This document shows positions 10,896 through 20,771 of a stretch of 64,000 nucleotides of DNA, piece by piece. The notes under the pieces are model-generated. The model was given only the letters and a program-made list of their open reading frames with translations, was not told the origin of the DNA and ran no database searches. The stretch comes from Candidatus Magasanikiibacteriota bacterium (GTDB lineage Bacteria > Patescibacteriota > Patescibacteriia > Magasanikbacterales > 2-02-FULL-50-9b), in the NCBI GenBank assembly GCA_903893485.1, contig CAITMK010000011.1, positions 6,636 through 70,635 of the forward strand, written 5' to 3'. Position numbers and translations under genes: made by a program. How positions within the stretch are numbered: position 1 is the stretch's first letter; the number at the start of each line of letters is the position of its first letter.

Positions 10896-11968
10896 AAATT
10901 GTTTTTTCAGGCGGCGGCACATTGGGCCCGGTAACACCACTCTTGGCGCTCATGGAAACGTTGCAGGCCGCTGAGCCGGGCGCGCACGAATTTTTGTGGA
11001 TCACCACTGAGCGCGGTGTTGAAATTCCGTTGCTCAAAAAATATGGTGTTGCGGTTTTATCAATTCCATCGGGCAAATTTCGTCGATATTTTTCTTGGAA
11101 GAATTTTTCTGATCTGCGTCAGTTTTTTAAAGGCGTTGCGGTGGCGCGTGCGGCACTGCAAGATTTTAAACCAGACGTTTGCGTAACCGCTGGGGGTTTT
11201 GTTTCCGTTCCCGTGCATTTTGCGGCGCGCATGTTAAAAATTCCAACACTGGTGCATCAGCAAGATATAAAAATTGGTTTGGCAAATCGCCTGATGAGTT
11301 GGTTTGCATCGGCGATTACGGTTTCGGTTCCACAGCAGTTGGAGCAATTTAAAAAAGGGAGGGCTGTGTACACTGGAAATCCCGTACGCCCGAGTATTCG
11401 GCAAGGTTCGCGCGAGGCAGGTGTTGAAATGTTTCGGCTCGATGAATCACGTGCAACGGTTTTTATTTTTGGTGGCGGCACGGGCGCCGAGGCAATTAAT
11501 CGCGCCGTGGAAGGAATGGTTTCCGCGGGCTGCGAACTTTTTCAGATTATTCATGTGACCGGCATGCATCGCGGGCGGCCATCTGCAAATGAGACGCCGT
11601 TTTATCACGCATATCCTTTTTTGACCGCCGAGATGTCACACGCATACGCGGCCGCGGACGTGGTGGTGGCGCGCGCGGGTTTTAATACAATTACGGAAAT
11701 CGCGGCTTGTGGAAAGCCTGCAATTTTGATTCCGATCGGGCGGTCGCATCAAACATTGAATGCCACCTGGGCCGAGGCAGCTGGCGCGGCTCGCATTTTG
11801 CCAGAGGACCATTTGTCCCCAGATTCTTTGCTTGAGGCGATTCGTGATCTTTTAACGGATCATGAGGGCTATGCGGCCTTGGCAGCTGGCGCGGAAGGCT
11901 TATTTCCTGCGGATGCTGCGGAGCGCATTTTAGCGCAATTGCGTAAAATTAGCCAAAAAGCGGCCTAA
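10892..11968 (+). CDS. murG: Lipid II GlcNAc transferase
   Basis: SGGGTLGPV, GGFVSVP, TGNPVR and HQTLNA motifs. Confidence 0.95.
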   Translation: MKIVFSGGGTLGPVTPLLALMETLQAAEPGAHEFLWITTERGVEIPLLKKYGVAVLSIPSGKFRRYFSWKNFSDLRQFFKGVAVARAALQDFKPDVCVTAGGFVSVPVHFAARMLKIPTLVHQQDIKIGLANRLMSWFASAITVSVPQQLEQFKKGRAVYTGNPVRPSIRQGSREAGVEMFRLDESRATVFIFGGGTGAEAINRAVEGMVSAGCELFQIIHVTGMHRGRPSANETPFYHAYPFLTAEMSHAYAAADVVVARAGFNTITEIAACGKPAILIPIGRSHQTLNATWAEAAGAARILPEDHLSPDSLLEAIRDLLTDHEGYAALAAGAEGLFPADAAERILAQLRKISQKAA

Positions 11969-11973
11969 AGGGG

Positions 11974-12002
11974 TTGACAAAACCCTAAAAACGTGCAATA
12001 CT
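11974..12002 (+). promoter_or_regulatory. Sigma70-like promoter of orphan cassette 1
   Basis: TTGACA-17-AATACT with TG extension. Confidence 0.6.
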
Positions 12003-12050
12003 AGCATGTTCCTGGTGAAATCTATCCAACCACACCAGGGGGAGGCGAAC

Positions 12051-12317
12051 ATGATTCCGATCATTTGGGTACTAGTGTTGGGCGGAGCGGTCTCGTGTGG
12101 TATGTACTTGTACTTCGCCGTCACGTTCATTTCCATCGCGGCGACCCTTGGCTTCGTCAAGGATCATGTGGTGGCAACGATCGCCATCATCGCCGTGCTC
12201 ACCATCTTGGTGCGCGTGGTGGGCAACACGCGGACCTGCAAGCAGTATCCGCGGAACCTCGCGTGGCCAGCCGTCGTGGCTGTGCTCGCAACAATCGTCG
12301 CGCTGATTCATTTCTAG
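12051..12317 (+). CDS. Hypothetical membrane protein (GC-rich cassette)
   Basis: GGAGG SD before ATG 12051; hydrophobic. Confidence 0.6.
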   Translation: MIPIIWVLVLGGAVSCGMYLYFAVTFISIAATLGFVKDHVVATIAIIAVLTILVRVVGNTRTCKQYPRNLAWPAVVAVLATIVALIHF

Positions 12318-12334
12318 CGCAAAGGAGAGAGTCG

Positions 12335-12757
12335 ATGAACATGTTCATTTGTCTTGCGTTCTTGGTTGAGCTGATCCTGGGCTTTGTCTACGGCCCGATC
12401 AGCCACGATCTGGTGGAGGTCATCATAGCGTACATCACCGGTGGATGTGTGCTGATGCAGAGCCTCCACTACAGTCATCCGCAGTGCTTGGACGGGAATG
12501 TCCATCTGCGGCTGCCCACAAAAAATGAGTGGCTCGAGCTGGCACTGCTGACCACTCTCCAGGTGGTCTGGTGCCTAGTCATCTGGGAGCCGCGCATCCT
12601 TTACGCGATTGGCCTTTGCATCGCGGGAAAGTTTCTGGGAGGTCAGGCTCGCCAACGGCTGCGCAACACGCATGCCTACGGGAACCCGCTGATCGGCAAG
12701 GAGCTGGTCTGGTTCGAGAACTTGCAGGCGGCACGCAAGCGCCGGAAAGTTCTGTGA
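12335..12757 (+). CDS. Hypothetical membrane protein (GC-rich cassette)
   Basis: AAGGAG SD before ATG 12335; hydrophobic with basic C-terminus. Confidence 0.6.
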   Translation: MNMFICLAFLVELILGFVYGPISHDLVEVIIAYITGGCVLMQSLHYSHPQCLDGNVHLRLPTKNEWLELALLTTLQVVWCLVIWEPRILYAIGLCIAGKFLGGQARQRLRNTHAYGNPLIGKELVWFENLQAARKRRKVL

Positions 12758-12775
12758 CATCGGCGGGCGGCAACG

Positions 12776-12832
12776 AGTCGTGGCGTTTTGCGAGGAAGAC
12801 TTCCTCGCAGACGCCACGGCTGTTTTATTTTT
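12776..12832 (+). terminator. Long hairpin plus U-tract ending cassette 1
   Basis: agtcgtggcgttttgcgaggaag/cttcctcgcagacgccacggct then gttttattttt. Confidence 0.75.
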
Positions 12833-12924
12833 ACACAGGTACTTGCAAGATTTTTCAGATTCGAGTATAATTTTCGCGCTACGTAATGCGGATGAGCGCA
12901 AGTGCTTATCTCCAACCTTCGGTT

Positions 12925-12997
12925 GACCTGGTAGCTCAGTTGGTAGAGCAGTGGCCTTTTAAGCCAATGGTCGTGGGTTCGAATCCCACCCGGGTCA
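12925..12997 (+). tRNA. tRNA-Lys(TTT)
   Basis: Cloverleaf GACCTGG..CCGGGTC-A; anticodon loop CTTTTAA; GGTTCGAATCCC; no encoded CCA. Confidence 0.95.
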
Positions 12998-13034
12998 TAC
13001 TAAAAAAACCACCTTCGGGTGGTTTTTTTAGTAT
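12997..13034 (+). terminator. 17-bp perfect hairpin terminator starting at the tRNA discriminator base
   Basis: atactaaaaaaaccacc-ttcg-ggtggtttttttagtat. Confidence 0.85.
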
Positions 13035-13153
13035 TATCAGAGTTGGGGATTCGAAGGGCACGCGCACATGCGAGCGTGCGCAGCATGTGTCGCGCGTGCC
13101 CCGGGACTGAGCGCGGGCATTAAGCCCGCGCGAAGCGAATCCCACCCGGGTCA
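13035..13153 (+). repeat. tRNA-tailed hairpin element (Lys copy)
   Basis: Antisense gggattcgaa, internal hairpins, core agcccgcgcgaagc, then an 18/18 copy of the tRNA-Lys 3' end (13136-13153 = 12980-12997). Confidence 0.8.
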
Positions 13154-13180
13154 CTCATTATGATATACTATAATTTCTGA

Positions 13181-14518
13181 ATGAAATTTATGCTTAGTTT
13201 TCTTCGAAAAATTACTCCACAACCCGTTTTCACACTCTACCATTATTTGCTCGCGGTTACGGGCGCGTTTCGTTATAACTATCCAACGCGGCGCATGATT
13301 ACCATTGGCGTGACCGGCACCAGCGGCAAGTCGTCAACGGTTTTTTTCTTGCACCGCATTTTACTGGCGGCGGGCCATATGCCGGGCAGTACCTCAACTA
13401 TTGAATTTTGCATTGGCGATTCGTGCACCATGAACAAAACAAAAATGACGCAGCTTGGCCGGTGGGGCACGCAGCGTTTTTTGGCGCGCATGTTAAAAGC
13501 GGGTTGCGATGTAGCAATTGTCGAAACAACATCGCAGGCAATCGAGCAATTTCGCCATCTGGGTGTGGCGTACGATGTGTGTTTGCTCACCAATTTATAT
13601 CCAGAGCATATCGAAGCACATGGCAGTTTTGAAAATTATAAAAATGCGAAGAAAAAATTATTCGGTTATTTGGCAACGCTAACGCGCAAACTTTTTGGCC
13701 CGCCAACAACGGCAATTGTTAACGGTACGGTCGCTGAGGCACCAGAATTTTTAGATTTTAAAATAGAACGCAAGTGGACCACGCAGGCCGCACTTCCAAA
13801 TACGGATCGCTCGTTTGTGCCAAGCAATATTCAAATCACGGGCACGGGCGTTTCGTTTGATTTGGATTTAGTTCATTTTGCAATTCCACTTTTGGGTGAT
13901 TATGTAGTAACCAACGCGGTTGCTGCAACTGCAGCGGCAGTTGCCATTGGTGTAACCGCACAGCAATGTGCTGATGCGTTATCTAAAATCGCGGGAATTC
14001 CAGGGCGTAATGAATCGGTGGATGCGGGCCAACCGTTTAAAGTGATTGTTGATTTTGCGTTTGAGCCAGTTGCCATGGAAAAATTATACGACGTGGTTAA
14101 AATGATTCCACACGGAAAAATAATTCACGTACTTGGCGGCACCGGTGGTGGACGCGACAAACGCCGTCGTCCAATTTTGGGCAACATGGCAGGTGAGCAG
14201 GCAAACGTAGTTGTGGTAACGAACGAAGATCCGTACGACGAAGATCCGCGTGTTATTATGCAAGCGGTTGCGGATGGTGCGCGCGCCGTGGGAAAAAAAG
14301 ACAACGAAGATTTATTTGTCATTGATGATCGCCGTGCAGCGATACATTTTGCATTGCAAAAAGCAGCGCCAGGCGATATAGTGTTAGTAACGGGAAAGGG
14401 TTCAGAGCAAGCGATGGTGCTTGCAAATCGAAATTTTGTGCCATGGGATGATCGCGCGGTGGTGCGCGAGGAATGGCACGCAATTGAAAAAGTGAAACAA
14501 CATGGCGGTACAAGATAA
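13181..14518 (+). CDS. murE: UDP-MurNAc-tripeptide synthetase
   Basis: GVTGTSGKSST, VETTSQ, PEHIEAH, PGRNE, GGGRDKRRR and GKGSE motifs. Confidence 0.9.
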   Translation: MKFMLSFLRKITPQPVFTLYHYLLAVTGAFRYNYPTRRMITIGVTGTSGKSSTVFFLHRILLAAGHMPGSTSTIEFCIGDSCTMNKTKMTQLGRWGTQRFLARMLKAGCDVAIVETTSQAIEQFRHLGVAYDVCLLTNLYPEHIEAHGSFENYKNAKKKLFGYLATLTRKLFGPPTTAIVNGTVAEAPEFLDFKIERKWTTQAALPNTDRSFVPSNIQITGTGVSFDLDLVHFAIPLLGDYVVTNAVAATAAAVAIGVTAQQCADALSKIAGIPGRNESVDAGQPFKVIVDFAFEPVAMEKLYDVVKMIPHGKIIHVLGGTGGGRDKRRRPILGNMAGEQANVVVVTNEDPYDEDPRVIMQAVADGARAVGKKDNEDLFVIDDRRAAIHFALQKAAPGDIVLVTGKGSEQAMVLANRNFVPWDDRAVVREEWHAIEKVKQHGGTR

Positions 14519-15053
14519 GATCATTTTAAAGCCAGAGGAGCGGGTGATTCGCACGGTGCGGCGCGTCCCAATTATTGATATTGGGCGCTATGCGTTCGCC
14601 GCGTTTTTTTTACTGTTGCCATTTTTCTTGATTTATCCGCTGCTTAAAATTAAACCATGGGGAATCGCAATTGGCACGGTGTTGTTTTGCATTGGATTAT
14701 TTTTGGTGGTGCGCACATTATTTTTGTGGTATCACAATGTGTTTATTGTTACGACGCATCGCATCATCGATTTGGACCAACGCGGATTTTTTGATCAGGT
14801 TGCGTCGCAATCATCGCACGAAAAAATCCAAGACGTTTCATTTCACACCAAAGGATTTTTGCCAACGCTGTTTCGGTTCGGCACTATTACACTCAAAACT
14901 GGTTGGGGTTCCGTTGAACTCGTGATTCCGCATGTGGCAGAGCCAGCGCGGTTGCAACGACTCATTCTTGATGTGCAAGATGCGTATATGGCAAAAGTTG
15001 GAACAACGCATGAACATAAAAAAACCTATGACACTCCAGAGTCGGCCGAATAA
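14502..15053 (+). CDS. Membrane protein with bacterial PH domain
   Basis: Two TMs, then IVTTHRII..KIQDVSF..G..FRFGTITL. Confidence 0.8.
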   Translation: MAVQDKIILKPEERVIRTVRRVPIIDIGRYAFAAFFLLLPFFLIYPLLKIKPWGIAIGTVLFCIGLFLVVRTLFLWYHNVFIVTTHRIIDLDQRGFFDQVASQSSHEKIQDVSFHTKGFLPTLFRFGTITLKTGWGSVELVIPHVAEPARLQRLILDVQDAYMAKVGTTHEHKKTYDTPESAE

Positions 15054-15438
15054 AATTATTATTGCGACATTGGGCTGCGCAGCAATCTGCGTGGTGCTTT
15101 TGGTTTCCTTTTTGCGTGTTTTTTTTAAAGACTACGAGTTGCGCCAAGAAATTGCACGCACACAAGTTGAGGTGGGTACATTGCAGAAAAGAAAAATTGA
15201 ATCATTGGAGTTGCTAAAGCGGTTACAAAGCGATACGTATGTTGAGGACCGCGCGCGTGAACAGCTCCAAGCAACGCGTCCTGGCGAAGAGGTGATTGTG
15301 GTCCCAGGACTTTCGGTTTCTTCGACTGCTGCGGCAACGGCAACCCCGGAACCTCTATCCACAGAAACAGAAGAACTTCCCAACTCGCTCAGTTGGTGGT
15401 ATTATTTCTTTCATTCATCCACCGAGCAATCAAATTAA
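15028..15438 (+). CDS. Septum formation initiator (FtsB/DivIC-like)
   Basis: TM plus coiled coil plus YVEDRAREQL..PGEEVIV; start uncertain (15010 or 15028). Confidence 0.8.
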   Translation: MTLQSRPNKIIIATLGCAAICVVLLVSFLRVFFKDYELRQEIARTQVEVGTLQKRKIESLELLKRLQSDTYVEDRAREQLQATRPGEEVIVVPGLSVSSTAAATATPEPLSTETEELPNSLSWWYYFFHSSTEQSN

Positions 15439-15441
15439 AAT

Positions 15442-16455
15442 ATGGAACACACAGAAACAGAACAAGAAGTAGTTCATCCTGCGCCAGCGCCTGCTGCGCA
15501 AGTAAAAGGAAATCCATTTATGCGGGGCATGACCATCGCCATTGGAACCATTCTGGGCCTTGCAATTATTGGCGGCGGTGTTGCAACGTTTCGTTATCCA
15601 GATTCAATGCCGGTGTATCCACGCATTTACCGCGCCATTCACATGCCAGCGGCGGTGATTGGTAGTTCCGTGTATTCATGGACACTCATGCAAACGCACA
15701 TCGACGCACTTCAGGCACAATTGGCGCTGCAGCAAAATGCACCAACACCAACCGCTGATCAGCTTCGCGTGGCAGCAATTCGCCGCGCGGTTATTACTGA
15801 AGCGGTGGAACGCGTTGCGGCTCGTCGTGGTATTGTGGCAACGCCAGCCATGATGGATGCTGAATACACACGTATCGTGGCTTTGCTTGGTGGCCAAGAT
15901 AAAGTTAAGGATATTTTAGATAATAAGTTGCATTGGTCAGAGGCGCAATATCGCGACTTGATTATTCGCCCAAGTGTTTTAATGAATCAATTGCAGGCTG
16001 ATCTTGAAAAAGAAGCTCCTGTGCAAACGGATGTAAAAGCAAAAGCCCAGGGAATTTTGGATCAGCTTAAAAAAGGTGCTGATTTTGCAAAATTAGCAAA
16101 AGCAAATAGTGAGGATGCTTCGAGTGCGCAGGGCGGCGACTTAGGCTTCTTTGCTCGTGGTGCCATGGTTAAACCATTTGAAGACGCAGCATTTAGCTTG
16201 AAGAAAGGCGAATTATATCCAGAGTTGGTTCAATCACAGTTTGGATACCATATCATTCAAGTAACTGATGTGAAGAAAGATGCAAGTGGTACCGTGATCC
16301 AGGTACGCGCACGTCACATTTTGCTGAAGACACAAACAGTAGATTTACTTGGTAACACGTTAATTGCTGAAATCAAGTCCATGCGTTACTGGCAGTTTAT
16401 CCACACAGACGCTGGCGTAAAAACAGGACTTGACAATTCTGGCTCAAACGGATAA
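15442..16455 (+). CDS. PrsA/SurA-like parvulin peptidyl-prolyl isomerase
   Basis: FAKLAKANSED..GGDLGFF..MVKPFEDAAF..SQFGYHII. Confidence 0.9.
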   Translation: MEHTETEQEVVHPAPAPAAQVKGNPFMRGMTIAIGTILGLAIIGGGVATFRYPDSMPVYPRIYRAIHMPAAVIGSSVYSWTLMQTHIDALQAQLALQQNAPTPTADQLRVAAIRRAVITEAVERVAARRGIVATPAMMDAEYTRIVALLGGQDKVKDILDNKLHWSEAQYRDLIIRPSVLMNQLQADLEKEAPVQTDVKAKAQGILDQLKKGADFAKLAKANSEDASSAQGGDLGFFARGAMVKPFEDAAFSLKKGELYPELVQSQFGYHIIQVTDVKKDASGTVIQVRARHILLKTQTVDLLGNTLIAEIKSMRYWQFIHTDAGVKTGLDNSGSNG

Positions 16456-16458
16456 ACT
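16430..16458 (+). promoter_or_regulatory. Sigma70 promoter for the tRNA-Gly pair
   Basis: TTGACA-17-TAAACT. Confidence 0.7.
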
Positions 16459-16500
16459 AAGGAGCGTAAATATAAGTCGGGCACGTTAGAAATCGAGACT

Positions 16501-16571
16501 GCGGGGTTAGTACAATGGTAGTATGCGTGCTTCCCAAGCATGAAACGCGAGTTCGATTCTCGTACCCCGCT
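16501..16571 (+). tRNA. tRNA-Gly(CCC)
   Basis: GCGGGGT..ACCCCGC-T; anticodon loop TTCCCAA. Confidence 0.93.
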
Positions 16572-16589
16572 TATGGGTTTACGCAGCCT

Positions 16590-16664
16590 GCGGGTATCGT
16601 ATAATGGTTATTATGCGTCCTTGCCAAGGACGAAAAACGGGTCCGATTCCCGTTACCCGCTCCA
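16590..16664 (+). tRNA. tRNA-Gly(GCC)
   Basis: GCGGGTA..TACCCGC-TCCA; anticodon loop TTGCCAA; atypical T-loop TCCGATT. Confidence 0.92.
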
Positions 16665-16702
16665 AAGAAAAAATCCCATCTCCGGATGGGATTTTTTCTT
16701 TG
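16663..16702 (+). terminator. Terminator after tRNA-Gly(GCC)
   Basis: caaagaaaaaatcccatc-tccg-gatgggattttttctttg. Confidence 0.85.
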
Positions 16703-16774
16703 TTTAAGGTTTGAGCAGTAAAGTTTTCCACAGGAAAAGTATGCTATAATCGTGTACAGTTAACAGCACATCAA

Positions 16775-19700
16775 ATGATGAATAAAAAGGCGCTACAAAT
16801 TTTGACATTGATCATTTTTTTGACATCTTATTCAGTTGCGCATGCTGCGGTAGTTGCGGCACCGGCACCGGTGGTTGCGGGGGTGCACCAGCTGTTTGTA
16901 CCGGGTCAGGTAATTGTTCGATATAAAACGGGTAACGTAAATTTGCGTACCCCATTGGGGCAAACACGCGCTCATACGCTTGCTCAAAATTATCACGCGC
17001 ATATTCAACGCCAAATACAAGGGCGTAATGTAACGGTTCTTCAGAGTGATTCAGGTGACACTACTGAAAATTTAATCAGTGCGCTACAAACTGATTCAAA
17101 CGTAGATGTTGTGCAGCCAAATTATATTTATGCGCCAACCGATATCGCTACCAACGATACGAGTCGTGCAATGCTTTGGGGTTTACAAAATACCGGCCAG
17201 ACCGTAAATGGCACCGCTGGCACCGCTGGCGCAGATATTCATGCACCACAAGCATGGGCAATTAACGAAGGTGATGTTTCATCAACTATTATAGCGGTGA
17301 TTGATACGGGTGTTGCATACAATCATCCAGATTTAGCAGCAAACATGTGGGACGGCAGTGCGTGCGTCGATGAAAATGGTGGCGCGCTGGGCGGCTGTAA
17401 TCACGGGTATGATTTTGAAGATGGTGACAAAACACCGCTCCCAACAAACAGTACACACGGCACACACGTGGCGGGTACGATTGCTGCGGTGAAAAATAAT
17501 GCGCATGGCATTGTTGGTGTGGCGCCACATGTTAAAATAATGGCGCTCAAATCAAGTCTTACCACGGATAATATTATTCGTGCGATAAATTTTGCCACAC
17601 AAAATGGTGCGCGTGTAATTAATGCAAGTTGGGGTGGCTACGGTAATGATCCGCTGCTGCAAGATGCGATCGGTACATTTCCGGGATTATTTGTTGCGGC
17701 TGCGGGCAATGATGCAGTGAGTAATGAAATATCACCGCTGTACCCATGTGCATATTCGCTTGCCAATATTATTTGCGTTGCAGCGACCAATCAAAACGAC
17801 GGATTGGCATACTTTTCAAATTTCGGTACTTCAACAGTTGATGTGGGCGCGCCGGGAATAAATATTTTAAGTTCCGTTGATAATACTGATTTAGTTTCCG
17901 AAAATTTTGATGCATTAACGGCGCCGGGGCTTCCGGTTGGCTGGACAACCAGTGGTACATCAGAACACTGGGCAACTAAAAGCGTTGCTGGGTGGGGTTT
18001 GGTGCTTACACCGGATACATCAAATCCTTACGCATCGAACGCAAATACATCCATTTCGTCACCGACTATTAATATGGCATCTTCAACGGGTGCAACAATG
18101 GATTTTTGGGCACGTTGTAACACGCAATATATTACAAACGGTTGGGCAGATTACATGACACTTAATTTTTCTGGCGACGGTTCTTCGTTCACCGAAAATA
18201 CTCGATGGGATCAGGCGCAGCTCGATTATTTTAATGGCGTGAATAATCCATTTGGTACCGCGATATATCATTTCCAAGACGTACAAGTACCAACATCCAC
18301 ACTTACCAGTAATTTTAAGTTTCAGTTTGGCTGGGTTACCAATGGCACGGACAATGCACACACCGGTTGCGCAGTAGATAATGTTACGCTCACGAGTTTT
18401 AGCGATGGTGCTGATGAAAAATATGATTATTTTGCCGGGACTTCCATGGCAACGCCACATGTGGTTGGGCTTGCGGGATTATTATGGGGATATGAACCAG
18501 CGCTTACCGCGGCTAAAATAAAAAGTGTTATTTTAAATACGGGCGATTCTGTCGCGGGACTTGCATCAAAAACAGTTTCTGGAAAACGGATAAATGCGTA
18601 TGCGGCCATGGAATATATAACGCCACCAACCATTACTTCATCAACGCCTGAAAATGGTATCGAAGGTTTGGTAACGTCTTCCACTGTTTCATTAGTATTT
18701 TCGAAGTTAATGAGTACGTCGACTTTGGCGTCTGGAATTGAAATTCGAAATTATAATACTGATGTCGCCGTGAGCAGCACTATTTCTTATGCAGGAAATC
18801 CAACCATAACCATTACACCAACGATTCCGTTAAGCGCGGGCACAAAATATTATATTTACGCGAGCAGTACGTTGGAAGACACAAACGGTAATAATTTAAC
18901 GGCCGTGTGGATCGATAAATCTGCGCATGCGTTTACCACGGTCCTTGATAGAATCGCCCCAATTATCTCTTTGAATGGTGCAGCAACGGTAACCGTTGAG
19001 GCGGGAACTGCCTATACAGAACTTGGGGCGACCGCGGTTGATAATATCGACGGTTCTGTACCAGTGGTAATTTCCGGAACCGTAAATACGAGTACGCCTG
19101 GTGGATATATCTTAACGTATACCGCAAGTGATACTGCTATGAATATGGCATCGACTACTCGAACAGTAACTGTTGTAGATACAACAGCTCCCGCCATCAC
19201 ATTGAATGGACCAGCAACAATGACATTTAATCAGGGTTCCCATTTTATCGATCCAGGCGCAACAGCTGTTGATATTGTTGATGGATCTGTGCCGGTTATA
19301 GTTTCTGGCGATGTAAATCCAGCGACTATTGGCGTTTATATGCTGACGTATTCTGCGTCCGATACTGCAGCGAATACCGCATCGATTCAGCGTACAATTA
19401 ATATCATTGCGCCTCCATCCCAATCAAGCGGTGGTGGGGGAGGCGGTGGTGGGGGAGGCGGAGGAGGATCGCCTTATATTCCACCACAGCCGGTCGCGCC
19501 AATTGTTTTGAAACCAACGGCAATGGTGGCTGCACCGCCCGCGGCCAGATTTGTGACACCAGATCCATGGACCATTCAATATCATACGTTAGCCGCTCCA
19601 CAAACCGTAGCACTTACGCGCACGTTGAAAGCGGGAAATTCTGGACCAGACGTTAAGGCGCTACAAATCTTTATGAATACACACGGATTCGTGGTTGCGA

Positions 19701-19894
19701 AAAAAGGTGCTGGATCGCCTGGCAAGGAAACTATGGCCTATGGCCCGGCGTTAACCAGTGCGGTCAAGAAATTTCAAGAGGCGCACGCGGCAGATTTATT
19801 GAAACCATTTAAATTGAAAAAAGGGACCGGTGCTTTAAATGCGCAAACCTTAAAATTGATCAACAGTATTATTGCAGAAGAATTGCCGCAGTAA
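16775..19894 (+). CDS. Secreted S8 subtilase with Ig-like domains, Gly linker and C-terminal peptidoglycan-binding-like domain
   Basis: Signal peptide; VIDTG, HGTHVAG, AAGN and GTSMATP motifs; two APxITLNG repeats; LKAGNSGPDVKALQ. Confidence 0.9.
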   Translation: MMNKKALQILTLIIFLTSYSVAHAAVVAAPAPVVAGVHQLFVPGQVIVRYKTGNVNLRTPLGQTRAHTLAQNYHAHIQRQIQGRNVTVLQSDSGDTTENLISALQTDSNVDVVQPNYIYAPTDIATNDTSRAMLWGLQNTGQTVNGTAGTAGADIHAPQAWAINEGDVSSTIIAVIDTGVAYNHPDLAANMWDGSACVDENGGALGGCNHGYDFEDGDKTPLPTNSTHGTHVAGTIAAVKNNAHGIVGVAPHVKIMALKSSLTTDNIIRAINFATQNGARVINASWGGYGNDPLLQDAIGTFPGLFVAAAGNDAVSNEISPLYPCAYSLANIICVAATNQNDGLAYFSNFGTSTVDVGAPGINILSSVDNTDLVSENFDALTAPGLPVGWTTSGTSEHWATKSVAGWGLVLTPDTSNPYASNANTSISSPTINMASSTGATMDFWARCNTQYITNGWADYMTLNFSGDGSSFTENTRWDQAQLDYFNGVNNPFGTAIYHFQDVQVPTSTLTSNFKFQFGWVTNGTDNAHTGCAVDNVTLTSFSDGADEKYDYFAGTSMATPHVVGLAGLLWGYEPALTAAKIKSVILNTGDSVAGLASKTVSGKRINAYAAMEYITPPTITSSTPENGIEGLVTSSTVSLVFSKLMSTSTLASGIEIRNYNTDVAVSSTISYAGNPTITITPTIPLSAGTKYYIYASSTLEDTNGNNLTAVWIDKSAHAFTTVLDRIAPIISLNGAATVTVEAGTAYTELGATAVDNIDGSVPVVISGTVNTSTPGGYILTYTASDTAMNMASTTRTVTVVDTTAPAITLNGPATMTFNQGSHFIDPGATAVDIVDGSVPVIVSGDVNPATIGVYMLTYSASDTAANTASIQRTINIIAPPSQSSGGGGGGGGGGGGGSPYIPPQPVAPIVLKPTAMVAAPPAARFVTPDPWTIQYHTLAAPQTVALTRTLKAGNSGPDVKALQIFMNTHGFVVAKKGAGSPGKETMAYGPALTSAVKKFQEAHAADLLKPFKLKKGTGALNAQTLKLINSIIAEELPQ

Positions 19895-19911
19895 GTCGAC
19901 ACGCGTAAAAT

Positions 19912-20658
19912 TTATCGAAGAGCAAATTCACGAGCAACACCATGTGCAATTTCATTGGTTGCATCGACGGTCATGCCGCGGCGAGGAAAAATAATAATGT
20001 GTGGGTGAGTAGTATTCACAACAATTTCAGAAATATTTTTGCGTAATTCAGGATGATGAAGTGAGAGTCCTATTACGCGATGTACTAATTCTGGTAGCGG
20101 TGTAACTCGGGGCACGATACGAAGTCCAACTGGCGCGATGTGTGCGCTACCTTCGCGATAGGTTTTATTGTAAACAAAATGTGGATGTGTGAATAAAAAT
20201 TCGTCCGGGGTCGATTGTTCAAAAAAGCCACCATGCCATGCAAAAATATCTGACAATTTTGATGAGTTGATGGCATTCCATTCTGCGTGTCGCGCCAGTT
20301 GTTCAAAGGTGGGCGCTGAAAAATTAATTGCATGCAAAACAATTTTTCCACGTAAAAATTTTTCAACTGATTCGCGGTGTTCAGGTGAAAGCGAATTCAA
20401 TTTTCCATGACCAAATCGTATATGGGCGATTACGCGTTCTAATTCGGGCGCATGGTTAACTAATTTTGCAAGGTCTAATTCAGACGGAAATTGAATGGGT
20501 CCGTGTAATCGTTCGTGAGTGCGCGTGGCCGATGAAAAAAAACGGTGCGCTTGCTCAGGCGACTGAATTCGCTTATCGGTGACCGGATCGCGCCAAGGTA
20601 AATCGGTGATACCAATTTGCGCGGCGCGCCACGTTTCTACGAGAAAAGAACCATTCAT
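19912..20658 (-). CDS. Hypothetical protein
   Basis: Open frame fills the gap; no recognisable motif. Confidence 0.65.
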   Translation of the reverse strand: MNGSFLVETWRAAQIGITDLPWRDPVTDKRIQSPEQAHRFFSSATRTHERLHGPIQFPSELDLAKLVNHAPELERVIAHIRFGHGKLNSLSPEHRESVEKFLRGKIVLHAINFSAPTFEQLARHAEWNAINSSKLSDIFAWHGGFFEQSTPDEFLFTHPHFVYNKTYREGSAHIAPVGLRIVPRVTPLPELVHRVIGLSLHHPELRKNISEIVVNTTHPHIIIFPRRGMTVDATNEIAHGVAREFALR

Positions 20659-20771
20659 AATTCGTGCAGTATAGCAGATATTGGGGCGGGTGGACAACGC
20701 AAAAAAAAACTGGTATTATCATTGCGCTACGTACGCGTGATTCAAGTTCATTCGTCTTGCTATTTCAGCGT

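Noticed and set aside
12065-12334. 5' part of the 230-aa ORF 12065-12757 and the many antisense or shadow ORFs in the track
   Set aside because: They overlap better-supported genes; the SD supports a start at 12335
12980-13153. 18-bp direct repeat of the tRNA-Lys 3' end as prophage attL/attR
   Set aside because: The copies are only 156 bp apart with no integrase; better explained as part of the hairpin element
19430-19468. ggtggtgggggaggc tandem repeat as a contingency locus
   Set aside because: An in-frame poly-Gly linker coding repeat with only two units
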